From the IMG/VR virus record IMGVR_UViG_3300034092_004324, positions 1 to 64,000 of that record: a DNA stretch of 64,000 nucleotides, one strand, 5' to 3'. This document shows, in pieces, positions 21,779 through 32,475 of this stretch (its first letter is position 1; every line of letters starts with the position of its first letter). The notes beneath the pieces are model-generated. The model was given only the letters and a program-made list of their open reading frames with translations. It searched no databases and was not told the origin of the DNA. Source of the DNA: a virus. The translations under genes were made by a program, and so were the position numbers.

Positions 21779-22024
21779 TTATTCTTTTAAACGATAAGCG
21801 TCAATATGTTCGTACTCAGGACATTTACCTTTATACTCTCCTACACAACGTTGTCGATCAAGAGTCATAATTACAGTAATTGTAAATAACAATCCTGTAC
21901 TAATAAGTTGTACAGCTCCGTAGGCAAGTCTATTATTTTCTTTTAAACTAAGATTTGTTCCTAAGTAGCCTATAATAATTAAAGCAGCTAAAACAGTAAG
22001 AACTACGATTTGTGGTGTTGTCAT
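21779..22024 (-). CDS. Small membrane protein
   Basis: Two hydrophobic segments. Confidence 0.65.
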   Translation of the reverse strand: MTTPQIVVLTVLAALIIIGYLGTNLSLKENNRLAYGAVQLISTGLLFTITVIMTLDRQRCVGEYKGKCPEYEHIDAYRLKE

Positions 22025-22026
22025 AA

Positions 22027-22269
22027 CTATTTAATGTTTGAAAGTGGATATGAATTTAAGATACTTTTATTAACCAGTTCAAAATTAGCTTTTTCTGAGG
22101 AGTAATTTGTTTCTGCTGCCTCTTTTAACGCAGCTTCTACATGAAGTTTAGCAAATTCAATTAATTTTTGCTTTACTTTATAATCAATAGTATTTTTGTT
22201 TTTAATATGTTCTGGATGAAACTCTTCTATTTTTAAAAGAAACTCTTCAGCTGTTGGTATTTTATTCAT
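22027..22269 (-). CDS. Hypothetical phage protein
   Basis: IPTAEEF...EFAKLHVEAALKEA...SILNSYPL. Confidence 0.7.
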   Translation of the reverse strand: MNKIPTAEEFLLKIEEFHPEHIKNKNTIDYKVKQKLIEFAKLHVEAALKEAAETNYSSEKANFELVNKSILNSYPLSNIK

Positions 22270-22272
22270 ATC

Positions 22273-22413
22273 TTAAATATTAGTTAAAAATGCTTTTAAA
22301 GTTTTACCATCATCTTGAACTGATAGTTCAACTTTAACTTTGTGACGAACAAGTAATCTACCAGTATCGTCGATAACTTCAAATCTTGTTACCTTTTTGA
22401 TGTTTTTTTCCAT
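22273..22413 (-). CDS. Small protein, 46 aa (not in ORF track)
   Basis: MEKNIKKVTRFEVIDDTGRLLVRHKVKVELSVQDDGKTLKAFLTNI*; fills the intergenic gap. Confidence 0.65.
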   Translation of the reverse strand: MEKNIKKVTRFEVIDDTGRLLVRHKVKVELSVQDDGKTLKAFLTNI

Positions 22414-23511
22414 TTAAATGTTTTTTGAATTAATAAATTCAATGATATCTTTATCAAAATGTAATAAGGTCTTTTCTACCCATTTTTCATCTTGGGTGTT
22501 TAAGACACATAGAATATAGATTGTAGCCTGATGATCGTCACGTAAGCGGACAGTTCTTCCAATTCGTTGAATTGTTTCTCTTGGGTTTGAAACTAATTGA
22601 ACGATTAAAGCTTTATCTACATTTTCAATGTTATGTCCTTCATTTATTGCTCGAACAACGGCTAATTTGTTTATTTGACCGTTTTTAAACGCAATTAAAT
22701 CACTATTAGTTGATTTTGAATGATATACGTTATCACATAAGGACTCTGCTTGTTTTATTGAACTACAAAAGTACAAAATTCTTTCGTCATTTCCAAATTT
22801 TTCTATAAGTTTTTTTGCAATTTTTTCTTTAGATTTTAAATTGTATAAAAAATGCATTCTCTGTAAATACAAATATTCAGGTACTTGTTTTCCAGAAAAC
22901 ATTATTTGGTTAATTCTTCTATTAATTATCTCATATTTCTTAACTTCAGTAACTTTACCATATTTTTCTTCAATATAACGATCTGTATTGTCTAAATTTA
23001 ATTCAATGACTTTTATATTAAAAGGACTGATTAACTTTAAATTAACAGCTTCTTCTAATGTAATTTTGTACAAGATTGGAAAATACTTCTTAAATATAAG
23101 TAACTTATCTTCTTCATGAGGAGGAGTTGCAGTTAAAGAAATCATAAAACAATCTTTTTTTGCAAGATCTAAATTAGAAGTATTATTAACGGTCACATTG
23201 TGTGATTCATCAAAACATATACCATCATATTGTGATATATCTTCTTTCTTTAAACTTGCATAACAGCATTTTTTTATATTTTCATATAATTGCAGCTCTC
23301 CCCACTTAGAAAATTCTTCTTTCCAGTTTTCATCTCTTAGTTCTTCTGTTGGAACAACTAAAAGCCATTTCTTATTTGGAAAACGTTTACAGATATTTAT
23401 GAATATTTTTGATTTTCCACATCCTGTGGCTAAGGCGACTGTGCCTTTAAATTGATTTTTTTCAAGTATTTTTTCTGCATTTCTTTGAATATTATCTTTT
23501 TCTTTATTCAT
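22414..23511 (-). CDS. Superfamily 2 DExH helicase
   Basis: ATGCGKS, DESH, TAT, QRIGRTVR. Confidence 0.9.
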   Translation of the reverse strand: MNKEKDNIQRNAEKILEKNQFKGTVALATGCGKSKIFINICKRFPNKKWLLVVPTEELRDENWKEEFSKWGELQLYENIKKCCYASLKKEDISQYDGICFDESHNVTVNNTSNLDLAKKDCFMISLTATPPHEEDKLLIFKKYFPILYKITLEEAVNLKLISPFNIKVIELNLDNTDRYIEEKYGKVTEVKKYEIINRRINQIMFSGKQVPEYLYLQRMHFLYNLKSKEKIAKKLIEKFGNDERILYFCSSIKQAESLCDNVYHSKSTNSDLIAFKNGQINKLAVVRAINEGHNIENVDKALIVQLVSNPRETIQRIGRTVRLRDDHQATIYILCVLNTQDEKWVEKTLLHFDKDIIEFINSKNI

Positions 23512-23528
23512 TTTAAATTGGTTATTTA

Positions 23529-24452
23529 TTAATCATACTCTGTATTAAACATACTTAAATGTCTGTGATAGTTACTATCATCATTTATATCACAACCTTT
23601 AATTCTACAACTGGTGTCTTTTAAAACATTAGTTTGACAAGTTCTACACCATACATGTTTTTTATTATTTGTAGAAAATGAACTTATAGTTGGTCTAATA
23701 ACTGATGAAGTTGTACTAACAGACATTAATTCAAATTTCTTTACATATTCATGTCTAAGTGGTTTTGAATTATCAAGACCATGTAATTTAAAATTATCTG
23801 TTATTTGATAAGCTGTAGGATTTTCATTTTTAAATTCATAACTTCTGTTTGAAAAATAATACTGTATTTTTTCATTTGGACCATCTTTTTTGAAATATCC
23901 TAAAAGAATCGTAGGTTTATTTGGAAATATAAATACTAATCTGTTACTTTCATAATTTATCAATTTTAGAATATCAGTTTTACATAATTTTAATAAATTT
24001 GATAAAAAAGAATAAGCATCAGTAAGTCCTAATAAAGTAACATTAAAAAAAGAAGTATCACTCAAAACTTTATTATGTTCTTGATAAGTCATCATTGTTC
24101 CGTTATGAGAAAATACTCCTTGTTTTTTAATATTAGTTATTTCTTTAAGTGATAATATTTCTTCTTCATTTGTTATAATTTGCGGTTGAATATTTTTTAT
24201 ATTATCAGTACCTGCACTTCTTTTTCTTAAATGAATCATCAACTCATCTGAAGGTCTTACATTCAATGATTTAATTCTTTTAATGAAATCTTCAATTGTG
24301 CCTGTGTTATCTTTGTAAAGTTGAATTTCTTTATCTCTTTTAAGAGCATATCCGAAACCATCTTGGTTTCTTAAATAATATGATCTTGCAATAGATTTAT
24401 AGAAATACCCAGAAATTGGGGTTTTATTGTCTTTGTATATTATCAGACACAT
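23529..24452 (-). CDS. Class II (Ntn) glutamine amidotransferase
   Basis: N-terminal MC, NQDGFG, IHLR..SAG, HNGT, SDT. Confidence 0.8.
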   Translation of the reverse strand: MCLIIYKDNKTPISGYFYKSIARSYYLRNQDGFGYALKRDKEIQLYKDNTGTIEDFIKRIKSLNVRPSDELMIHLRKRSAGTDNIKNIQPQIITNEEEILSLKEITNIKKQGVFSHNGTMMTYQEHNKVLSDTSFFNVTLLGLTDAYSFLSNLLKLCKTDILKLINYESNRLVFIFPNKPTILLGYFKKDGPNEKIQYYFSNRSYEFKNENPTAYQITDNFKLHGLDNSKPLRHEYVKKFELMSVSTTSSVIRPTISSFSTNNKKHVWCRTCQTNVLKDTSCRIKGCDINDDSNYHRHLSMFNTEYD

Positions 24453-25302
24453 AGTTTATATAATCTTTTAATGTATTGAATTCGACTGATGTAGTACTTT
24501 CTTTGTAATATATATCTTCATTAAAAGATTCGTTGTAAAGAACTTGTGATGAACTTATATGTTCTAATAACAATCTTGCAGTATATCCTGTATAAGAGAA
24601 TAATATAAGCTCTTTTAAAGTTATACTTTCACTATTTTTAAGTATCTTATTGTAATTCTTTTCAACAAAGTTTACAAATGCAAAACAAATTAAAATCCAA
24701 TTTCTAACTTCTTCAAAGTTTAAAGTTGCGTGATGTAATCTAAATTCTAAAGTTAAAAAGTCATTAAATCCATTATTTTTATCTTTGATTTTTTTATTTA
24801 TATGCTTGTTTCTCATATTGAAATTACAAGCAATGAAATTTAACCACTTATATCTATCTAACTTTTTAATATTAATATCTCTTTGATATCTGAATGTATA
24901 TCTTCCTCCTGGATGTGGAGAGAATTTATTAGAATTTCTACCTATTTCATTTGAAATTGAAAGTTCTTTGAAAAACTTGTGATAACACATGTCAACTCCA
25001 GATTCAATATCATTAGAATTCTTTAAAATACTTTTAAATTCAGCTACTCTTTTATCAAACAATCTACCACACATATCGTTATCTCTACGTGATGGTAACA
25101 TTAAAGAAAATATTTCATTCTCTAATTGTTTTGCTAAAATATAAGCTGCAATATTAAAGTACTTATTGAATTTTGCATTACCAACGTGAATGTGTATTCC
25201 ACATCTTCTGTCGATTTTACAATTCTTTGATATTAACTTTAAAAGACGATACAGTTTGTAAAAACCAACATCACCTTTTAATACTTGAGTGACGTACTCA
25301 CC
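24424..25302 (-). CDS. Putative amidoligase (COOH-NH2 ligase), exon 2
   Basis: Frame is open from 25302: GEYVTQVLKG...CGIHIHVG...RYKWLN...TLEFRLHHATL. It continues exon 1 after intron removal. Confidence 0.85.
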   Translation of the reverse strand, partial: GEYVTQVLKGDVGFYKLYRLLKLISKNCKIDRRCGIHIHVGNAKFNKYFNIAAYILAKQLENEIFSLMLPSRRDNDMCGRLFDKRVAEFKSILKNSNDIESGVDMCYHKFFKELSISNEIGRNSNKFSPHPGGRYTFRYQRDINIKKLDRYKWLNFIACNFNMRNKHINKKIKDKNNGFNDFLTLEFRLHHATLNFEEVRNWILICFAFVNFVEKNYNKILKNSESITLKELILFSYTGYTARLLLEHISSSQVLYNESFNEDIYYKESTTSVEFNTLKDYINYVSDNIQRQ

Positions 25303-25392
25303 CTGTAGTTTTTTCTACACGGACTTTCTCTTTACCTTTTGTTTTTACACATGAAGGTAGTTGCCGTCAAGTCTCTACACTTTCCTTAAAAT

Positions 25393-26193
25393 TTAAGGCT
25401 TAGCTCGGGATTCCTGAAACTGGTTCCCCGAATTTGACAACTTTATTACCAAGTAATTTCTCACTTGGAGGGCGGTAAAATACTTTCTTTGTATGAAAGT
25501 ATCTGTTTCTTGATATAAATTATCTATTGTTTTAAGTACAAAATGTTGTTTAGAAATATTTATAACATAATAAGAACGTTGTTTATTAAAACGATGTTCT
25601 ATATTATTTTCCGTTAAGAACTCTGAAATTTGTTTTAAAAAGTCTTCAGATGCTGAAATTATATTAATTCTTGGATTACCTTTAGTTGGAACAATAAATG
25701 ATCCATCACCATCAATAATACCTCGTAATATATGCCAATTTAATTTGATTTTTAATTTCAAATCAAATGTTTTACGAGAAGTTAACCCATAAGAATTCAA
25801 TAACTCAACAATTTCTTTAGAACGAAAAGCTATTTTATAAGAAACAAAAGTTTTTTCATTAATCACCTTTTGTTTTTTTAAAATATTAACATTATCACCA
25901 AGAAAAAGTTTAAATTTTTCTAAGATATCAATGTCCTTTTCAACCAAAGAAATTTCAACACGATCTTTATAAATACATCCATCTGTTGCTAATAAACCAA
26001 TAAAATAATACAAATCATTTGACATGTTATTAAACACCTCAAGTTTTACACGAGTTTGTGATTTATATTTTTTATTAACAATCCTTGCAACAGTATGGCG
26101 ATCAAAACTCATAATTTTACCAATTTCAGTAAAATTTAGACCTTGATCTCTTAATTTTAATACTTCTTTTTGTTTTTCAATACTTGTTTTCAT
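25393..26193 (-). CDS. Intron-encoded LAGLIDADG homing endonuclease with N-terminal HTH
   Basis: Two motifs: YFIGLLATDG and ILRGIIDGDGS. Confidence 0.9.
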   Translation of the reverse strand: MKTSIEKQKEVLKLRDQGLNFTEIGKIMSFDRHTVARIVNKKYKSQTRVKLEVFNNMSNDLYYFIGLLATDGCIYKDRVEISLVEKDIDILEKFKLFLGDNVNILKKQKVINEKTFVSYKIAFRSKEIVELLNSYGLTSRKTFDLKLKIKLNWHILRGIIDGDGSFIVPTKGNPRINIISASEDFLKQISEFLTENNIEHRFNKQRSYYVINISKQHFVLKTIDNLYQETDTFIQRKYFTALQVRNYLVIKLSNSGNQFQESRAKP

Positions 26194-26214
26194 TTTGTTA
26201 CTATTTGTTCACCA

Positions 26215-26246
26215 CAAATATAACCAAAATAAAAATACAATGCAAA
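26215..26246 (-). promoter_or_regulatory. Bacteroidetes sigma70-type promoter for the LAGLIDADG gene
   Basis: TTTG-N20-TATATTTG just upstream of ATG 26193. Confidence 0.75.
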
Positions 26247-26304
26247 TATTTTAAACAAAACTTTATAACAATAGTTGTTATAATTTATAAATTTATTATA
26301 GTTT

Positions 26305-27894
26305 ACCCCTTATTACGCCATCAGGATCTCTAAGTGAACCATCTTTTGTTACAGAACAAATTACTTGATTTTCAATAAACTCTTCTGGATAAATTTTACC
26401 AAGAATTGTTTCAACTTCTACTCCAAAAGTATAGTCTAAATTTTCACATGTTTTTGAAGTATGAATATTTTCATAAGTTTTAAAATTTACTTTTTCTTTT
26501 GTTTCTACTTTAAAATGTTCTGACATCATATTTAATAAATGATTCAATGTAATATCACAAGCATCTAATAACACATTGATTGTTTCATCATTTTTAAATA
26601 AAGAATTTATAAGCCATGAAAGCAAATAACTTTCATCTATATACTCAGGAGTTTCAGAAAGCATTCTTTCTAAATCATTTGCTGAAATTTCAATATAGAT
26701 ATTGTCATTTTTAGAATTTTTACTTTTAACTTTTTGTCTAAATTTATTTAAATAATCATTTCCTTGATTAAAAGTTAAATTTAAAATACTTATAGTACGA
26801 CTTAAATCATTATCAACTAATATGTTTCCTATACCTGGAAGATATGCATACTTTTTTGATTCATTAACATCAAAATTAAGTGTATATTTGATGGTTGTTG
26901 GTACAGTATAATGTAAAATTCTATTTACTTCTGTTGAATCAGTTATTTGTTTTCCTATTAATTTATAATTGTAACTTGAACCATCTACTGGAAAAATATT
27001 TTGAAACATGTTACCTGTAAGATCATAATATGTAAATTTATCAAATATAAAATGATTATCTCCAGCTTTTTCTGGTCTAAAAGGTAAATAAAAAGTTTCA
27101 TTTATTAATTTTAACTCATGAAAAGTACTTTCATATAAACAAAACTTTTCTGTTTTAAATAAATCCTCAAGTTTTGAAGTTACATAATGTTTTAAAGCTA
27201 ATGAAGGATTGATATATTGACGTTTATTTACAAATTCGTCATTATATTTATCATGTAAACTTAAAAACGTTTTATAAGCTTCTAAATATGAAGGCATAAG
27301 ATCTTTTTTAGAAATTCTATTGATTATTGCATTTTTTACATCATTACTAATTCTAAAGTCATGTCTATAATTAGACAGATTTATAAGATATGTTTCATAT
27401 ATTACTGAATAAACAACTAAATAATTAAAGAACTCATCATTTTTCTGTGTAAATTGAGAAATACTTGGACTTGGTCCTTTAAAGTTATAATATTTATTTA
27501 TAAAAGTTTTTATATATTCTTTAACTAATAATGATTCTTTATTATTTATACTTGTAAATTCATTAAAATCATAATGATTTAGTTTACTAAGATAAAATGA
27601 AAGTTTCTCTTTATATTTATTTTCAAGTTTTGTATTAACAAAGGTATTAAGTTGTTCTTTATTAAAAATTATGATATAATTTGATGCTACAGGACCTGTT
27701 AAAATTAATATTGAATCTTTTAAATCATAATTAAGTAATGAATTTTTACTACCTCCAGAAAGAATATCTAGACCGCAATCTTCTTTACTTAAAAGAATAT
27801 CTCCAAAAGTTCCATTTATTTGAAAAAAACAAGTAATAATATCTTCTTTTTCTTTTTCTTTTAGTGATAATGGTTCAATTCTTGATGTTTTCAT
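26305..27894 (-). CDS. Putative amidoligase, exon 1 (long N-terminal extension)
   Basis: Ends YTFGVEVET...KDGSL..VIRG; likely start MKTSR at 27894, just after the upstream stop. Confidence 0.8.
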
Positions 27895-27898
27895 AATC

Positions 27899-30544
27899 TT
27901 AGTTAAAAGGATTTTGAGAGTTAATTTCTGAATTAATTTCATTATTATTTCTTTCAATTTCACAAACAGTGTCTTCGCAACTTTCCAATAATGAAATAAT
28001 TTGTTCATTGTCATGTTTGTTTTCTATTTGATCTTCTAATAATTGTTCTTTTACCAAAGAAATAGCATATGCTATTTCCTCGATTTTTTCTTTATTTTCA
28101 GTTGACAACATAGTACACTTTTTAATTACTTTATCGTAAAGTAAATAATCATCATTTTCTAAATCCTCTAAAACCTCACTTAAATCATTTTCCATTTGAT
28201 CTTCTAATTCATCATCAGTAATTATATCTTCTGAAAAAGCAATTGAATCGGCATAATGATTTAATTCAGCTTGATTCATTTTTTCAATGTAAGCTTCACC
28301 ATCTTCATGATATCTCTCAACTGTTGAAATATCAGAATCAATGACCATAGATAAATTACTTTGAAGAAAATTTCCATTTAATATTCTTTTTGGTAGTATA
28401 TTACTAACATGTGGAACTATTATTACTTTTGAAATTGGAATTATGAATAATTTATTTGACTCATCGGAAAAATATAATTTTTCTTTATGAATATTTGTAT
28501 CTAAATCAGAAGTGTTATTTTTAAATACAAAAAACTTTTCATATTTTGTATTTTTCAATAACGTAGAATAATGAAAAGTTGGTATTTCTGATAAATTACA
28601 AACGTTTCCTCCAATTTTTACATCAACAGCACGAACTTTTTCCACAACAGCTGGTAATGATTTTACAGTTTCTTCTTTATGATTTTCATATACTTGATTC
28701 AATATATATATTTTGTTTTTATTTTTATAATTATATAGATAATTAAGTTTTGCAAATTCTGTGTTTATGAAATATTTAATAACAAAAGATCTTACTGAAT
28801 ACTCATAAAAATATACTTCACTAAGAATATTTTTAAACACCTCTTTAAAATCACTTAAATTATTTTTAAAATCTGGATGATTTAAAGTTATACAATTTTT
28901 TGAGATATTGTCATCATCAAAAAAAGAAAGTAATTTTAAGCTCGATAAAGTATCTTCATTACTTAAATATGTTTCATTTGTATAAATAATATTATAACTA
29001 ATATCATCAGTTGTTTCATATGCTGAAATTTGTCCATTATTAAATAAAATTATAATATCATCTTCAGCAGAACCATTTAAAATTCTTGTTTGTAAAGTTT
29101 TATTGTGTATTTTTCTTTTTACTATTTTTTCATGATGGTGATAATATGTAGAAATTTTTGATTTACTTTTTATTATAATACCAAACAAATTTTTATCTTT
29201 GTCAATTACAATATCTGGTAATCCTAAAAGATTAAAACAAGTATCATCATCACTACTGTTATTATTTTTCTTAATTTCATCTTTAATATCTGAAATAAAC
29301 TTTTCTTGAGAACCTATAGTTAATACATAAAATTCAAGAAGAACTTTTAATTCTTCAACTTCTGATTGATAAATATTTTTTTTATTTTGTTTTTTACATG
29401 CGTTAATTATTAACTCTTTAATTGTTTCAATAGGTACAACAGCTTTAAGAAAAGTATTAATTTTTACTTCTGCTAATCTGTAATTAACATCTATCATCAA
29501 CTCATTAGATGAATACCTTAAAACAAAATCACCATTATTTAAATTTTCATTTATAATTTTAATTATTTCATTTATATTATGATTATTTCTTGAATATATT
29601 TTTGATTTATTCTTTAAAGTTATATTGTATATGACAGCATTTCTTTCAGTTGTATGTACTGATTCTTTAAATAAATCATTAAAACTATCTTTTAAATAAT
29701 TTTTCTTTTCTTCAGGTTTTAAGCTGTTAAAATACTTTAAAGTTAAACTAATAATGTTACTTTCATTACTAGTAAAATGATTCATATAAGAAGTTGTTAC
29801 AGAAGTTGAATTAGTACTATTTTTAAATGTATTATTATAGGTATAAGTATAATCATGATAAGGTTTATTTGCTAATTTTTTATTTTCTGTAATTACACCA
29901 TGTTTAATAGTGTATAAATTCAATTCTTTTAATTCTTCAATATTTGTACATCCAATAATTTGTAAAGGTTGTTTCTCAGAAGAAATATACATTCCTTCTT
30001 CTTTCCATCCTATATGAATTTCACGATCCTTTTTAAATAAATGTAAAGTATCTTCTTCATTTTCATAACTAAATAGTAATGTAGCAGCACCTGCAATATC
30101 ATTTAATATATGAAGATCTCTATATTTAGAAATATAATCATACACGTGTGCAGAATCTACATTGAATTTTCCTATTTTGTCATATTTTTTCTTTAAATCA
30201 TCAATATTAGTTATTGTTCCATTATGTACACCTATTATTCCTGGAAAATAAAATGGATGAGTAGTATCTTTACTAAACGTTTTATGTTTAAAAGATGCTT
30301 GTCTTAAATGTCCAATAAAAATATTTGCAGATTGTTCAATTTCACTTTTGTAATTTATTAACAAATTTTTGTCAGCTCGATCAGTGTCTTTATAAACACA
30401 TTTTTCAAACTTTACGTCTTTTAATGGTCTGAAAAATCCAGCAGCATCACTACCTCTTAAAATATTTAAACTCATTAAGATTTTAATACTTGCTGGATCA
30501 TATTTCATTCCATCAAATCCTGAAAAACCAACTATTCCACACAT
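27899..30544 (-). CDS. Class II glutamine amidotransferase with long C-terminal extension
   Basis: MCGIVG, RGSDAAG, GHLRQAS, HPF, HNGTI, VDS. Confidence 0.85.
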   Translation of the reverse strand: MCGIVGFSGFDGMKYDPASIKILMSLNILRGSDAAGFFRPLKDVKFEKCVYKDTDRADKNLLINYKSEIEQSANIFIGHLRQASFKHKTFSKDTTHPFYFPGIIGVHNGTITNIDDLKKKYDKIGKFNVDSAHVYDYISKYRDLHILNDIAGAATLLFSYENEEDTLHLFKKDREIHIGWKEEGMYISSEKQPLQIIGCTNIEELKELNLYTIKHGVITENKKLANKPYHDYTYTYNNTFKNSTNSTSVTTSYMNHFTSNESNIISLTLKYFNSLKPEEKKNYLKDSFNDLFKESVHTTERNAVIYNITLKNKSKIYSRNNHNINEIIKIINENLNNGDFVLRYSSNELMIDVNYRLAEVKINTFLKAVVPIETIKELIINACKKQNKKNIYQSEVEELKVLLEFYVLTIGSQEKFISDIKDEIKKNNNSSDDDTCFNLLGLPDIVIDKDKNLFGIIIKSKSKISTYYHHHEKIVKRKIHNKTLQTRILNGSAEDDIIILFNNGQISAYETTDDISYNIIYTNETYLSNEDTLSSLKLLSFFDDDNISKNCITLNHPDFKNNLSDFKEVFKNILSEVYFYEYSVRSFVIKYFINTEFAKLNYLYNYKNKNKIYILNQVYENHKEETVKSLPAVVEKVRAVDVKIGGNVCNLSEIPTFHYSTLLKNTKYEKFFVFKNNTSDLDTNIHKEKLYFSDESNKLFIIPISKVIIVPHVSNILPKRILNGNFLQSNLSMVIDSDISTVERYHEDGEAYIEKMNQAELNHYADSIAFSEDIITDDELEDQMENDLSEVLEDLENDDYLLYDKVIKKCTMLSTENKEKIEEIAYAISLVKEQLLEDQIENKHDNEQIISLLESCEDTVCEIERNNNEINSEINSQNPFN

Positions 30545-30556
30545 AGTGTTATTTGA

Positions 30557-30988
30557 TTATTGTCCTTGTTTTTCTGTTAATCCTTTGTATGTATGATATG
30601 AACCATCATCTAAATAAGATAATCTTTCCGGTCTTGAAACTTCATGCATGTAAATTTCAGCATTAATTTCTTGATTATCCATCATTACAACTAAAGGAGT
30701 TCTTTTATAAAAGTTTGGATGTCCTTCTAATCTATCAAGATTCATTAAAGTTTTGTCATCAACTTCAAATAAATCTCCTTTAATATTTACTGGTTTAAAT
30801 ATTTGTTTTTCTTCTTCAGTTAAAAACTTACCTTCAGATACATAAGGAATACCTGAAGCAAACATTCTTAATTCAGATTTAGTTGTTGCTGAACCTAAAT
30901 GTTTTGCACCTTCGTTATTTAAATAATTTTGATAGTTGCCATATGGTGGTCTTAATGTACCATAGACAAAAACTAAGTGTTTTTTCAT
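30557..30988 (-). CDS. Gamma-glutamylcyclotransferase (AIG2-like)
   Basis: VFVYGTLR...LDRLEGHPNFYKR. Confidence 0.9.
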   Translation of the reverse strand: MKKHLVFVYGTLRPPYGNYQNYLNNEGAKHLGSATTKSELRMFASGIPYVSEGKFLTEEEKQIFKPVNIKGDLFEVDDKTLMNLDRLEGHPNFYKRTPLVVMMDNQEINAEIYMHEVSRPERLSYLDDGSYHTYKGLTEKQGQ

Positions 30989-31986
30989 CTTGTTTTCTTT
31001 GCTATTAATTTTGTTAATGTTTCTATGTAACGTTCAGTCACATAGGTGAATTGTTTTTTTTCGATATCATTTTCTCCAAAACTTGGGGCTGAATTTATTT
31101 CAATAATAATAAAATCTGGTGTTTTATCTTTCTTTTCATTTTGAACTCTAACATCACAAGCTCCAAAATCAAGTCCTACTGATTTTAAAGCTAAAACACA
31201 ATGCTCTACTATTTGGTTCCAATTTGATGGTTTTTCAAATAGATTGCTTTCAGAATCTTCGCGAATCCAAACGCAATTATCATCATGTCTATGCCATTTT
31301 TGATCTTCAGGAGTACCAGATTTTAACATTTTTCTACATGAATAAAATGCACCATCTTCAGTTACATGTACTCTGTATTCTCTGTTATATTGATAATATC
31401 TTTCAAAAATATAATTACTCATAGTTTTGTTAGTTGCCCATTTTTGTAATTCTTCAAAATTATTAATTAAAGAATTACCTTTATTTCTTGAACCAAAATG
31501 TGATTTTGCTACAATAGGATAAGGTAATTCTTGAGCTATAATTCCAACATCTATTTTATCATGTTGTTTTTCAACAAAACTATTAATTGATCTTGCAGTG
31601 AACCATCTTGCTGTTTTTACATTTCCTTTAGTAAAACAGTTTTTCATTCTTAATTTTGAAGAACTATTTTGAATACCTTCTACTTTATTTATTTCGATAA
31701 AATTATAATTATTCATCTGAGTGATCTGGTTCGTCAAATCCCTCACTGTCGTCGTTGAACCAAAGCGAATCAGCACTTTTTGTGGTAACTTCACCAACGG
31801 TAGCAGCTTGTATTTCCCCCTCAACACTTGATGAGATGGATGTCTTGAAAGAACTAGCGGTCTGGTGAGACGATATTGCTTCTTCAATTGCTTTTTCAAT
31901 GGATTCACCGTCTCCTTCATAGAGGAAGGAGAAACCTGATTCATAGGTTTTTTTTTCAGCTTTTTTAATTTTATTTTGTTTTGCAT
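30985..31986 (-). CDS. ATP-grasp ligase (RimK/YheCD-like); start probably ~31920
   Basis: PIVAKSHFGSRNKG, EYRVHV, GLDFGACD, IIEINSAPS. Confidence 0.85.
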   Translation of the reverse strand: MQNKIKLKKLKKKPMNQVSPSSMKETVNPLKKQLKKQYRLTRPLVLSRHPSHQVLRGKYKLLPLVKLPQKVLIRFGSTTTVRDLTNQITQMNNYNFIEINKVEGIQNSSSKLRMKNCFTKGNVKTARWFTARSINSFVEKQHDKIDVGIIAQELPYPIVAKSHFGSRNKGNSLINNFEELQKWATNKTMSNYIFERYYQYNREYRVHVTEDGAFYSCRKMLKSGTPEDQKWHRHDDNCVWIREDSESNLFEKPSNWNQIVEHCVLALKSVGLDFGACDVRVQNEKKDKTPDFIIIEINSAPSFGENDIEKKQFTYVTERYIETLTKLIAKKTR

Positions 31987-32446
31987 TTTGTTTTTTTTGA
32001 GATAAATAATCTAAAGTTTTAAAACTATTACTATCAACTAATACTTTTTTATTTTTATCATTTTTAATGTAAAAACAAACTCTGTTTTCAAATTGTAATG
32101 AAGGTTCTTCTTTTATAATTTTATAATCTTTTTTTAAAGTAAAATTACTTTGTTTTTTTATGCAAATAACTGTTTCATCTTTTTTATAATTTAATATTTC
32201 TTGTCCTTTAATGTACTTCTTTGAAACTTTTGATTTTTCATTTTCAATTTTTTTAATATATTGTCGATAATCACTTGCTGAAGTAACTTGATTGTAAATT
32301 TGTGCTGCTTCTGTTATGGTATCACTTGATAATACATTAGTTGGTTTTGATGTAGTTGGTTTTGATGTATTTATCCATACATAAGATGGTTCTTCTGAAT
32401 TTAAAGTATTTGCTGGTTTTGTTGCTGCTTTTTTTCCTGTTTTCAT
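31709..32446 (-). CDS. Hypothetical protein with basic SH3-like core and acidic tail
   Basis: 245-aa ORF whose C-terminus overlaps the ATP-grasp gene. Confidence 0.65.
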   Translation of the reverse strand: MKTGKKAATKPANTLNSEEPSYVWINTSKPTTSKPTNVLSSDTITEAAQIYNQVTSASDYRQYIKKIENEKSKVSKKYIKGQEILNYKKDETVICIKKQSNFTLKKDYKIIKEEPSLQFENRVCFYIKNDKNKKVLVDSNSFKTLDYLSQKKQNAKQNKIKKAEKKTYESGFSFLYEGDGESIEKAIEEAISSHQTASSFKTSISSSVEGEIQAATVGEVTTKSADSLWFNDDSEGFDEPDHSDE

Positions 32447-32475
32447 TATATTAATTATTTAAAAGTTAAAAAGTT

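Larger units (their letters stand above)
25303..26304 (-). mobile_element. Group I intron in the amidoligase gene
   Basis: 5' exon ends ...AGGGGU and intron ends ...ACUACAG. Core AAAUUCGGGGAA / AAUCCCGAGC / GUAGAGACUUGACGG / AAGAGAAAGUCC. IGS UUUACCGCCCU (25479-25469) pairs with both exon ends; splicing gives ..VIRG-GEYVT.. Confidence 0.9.
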
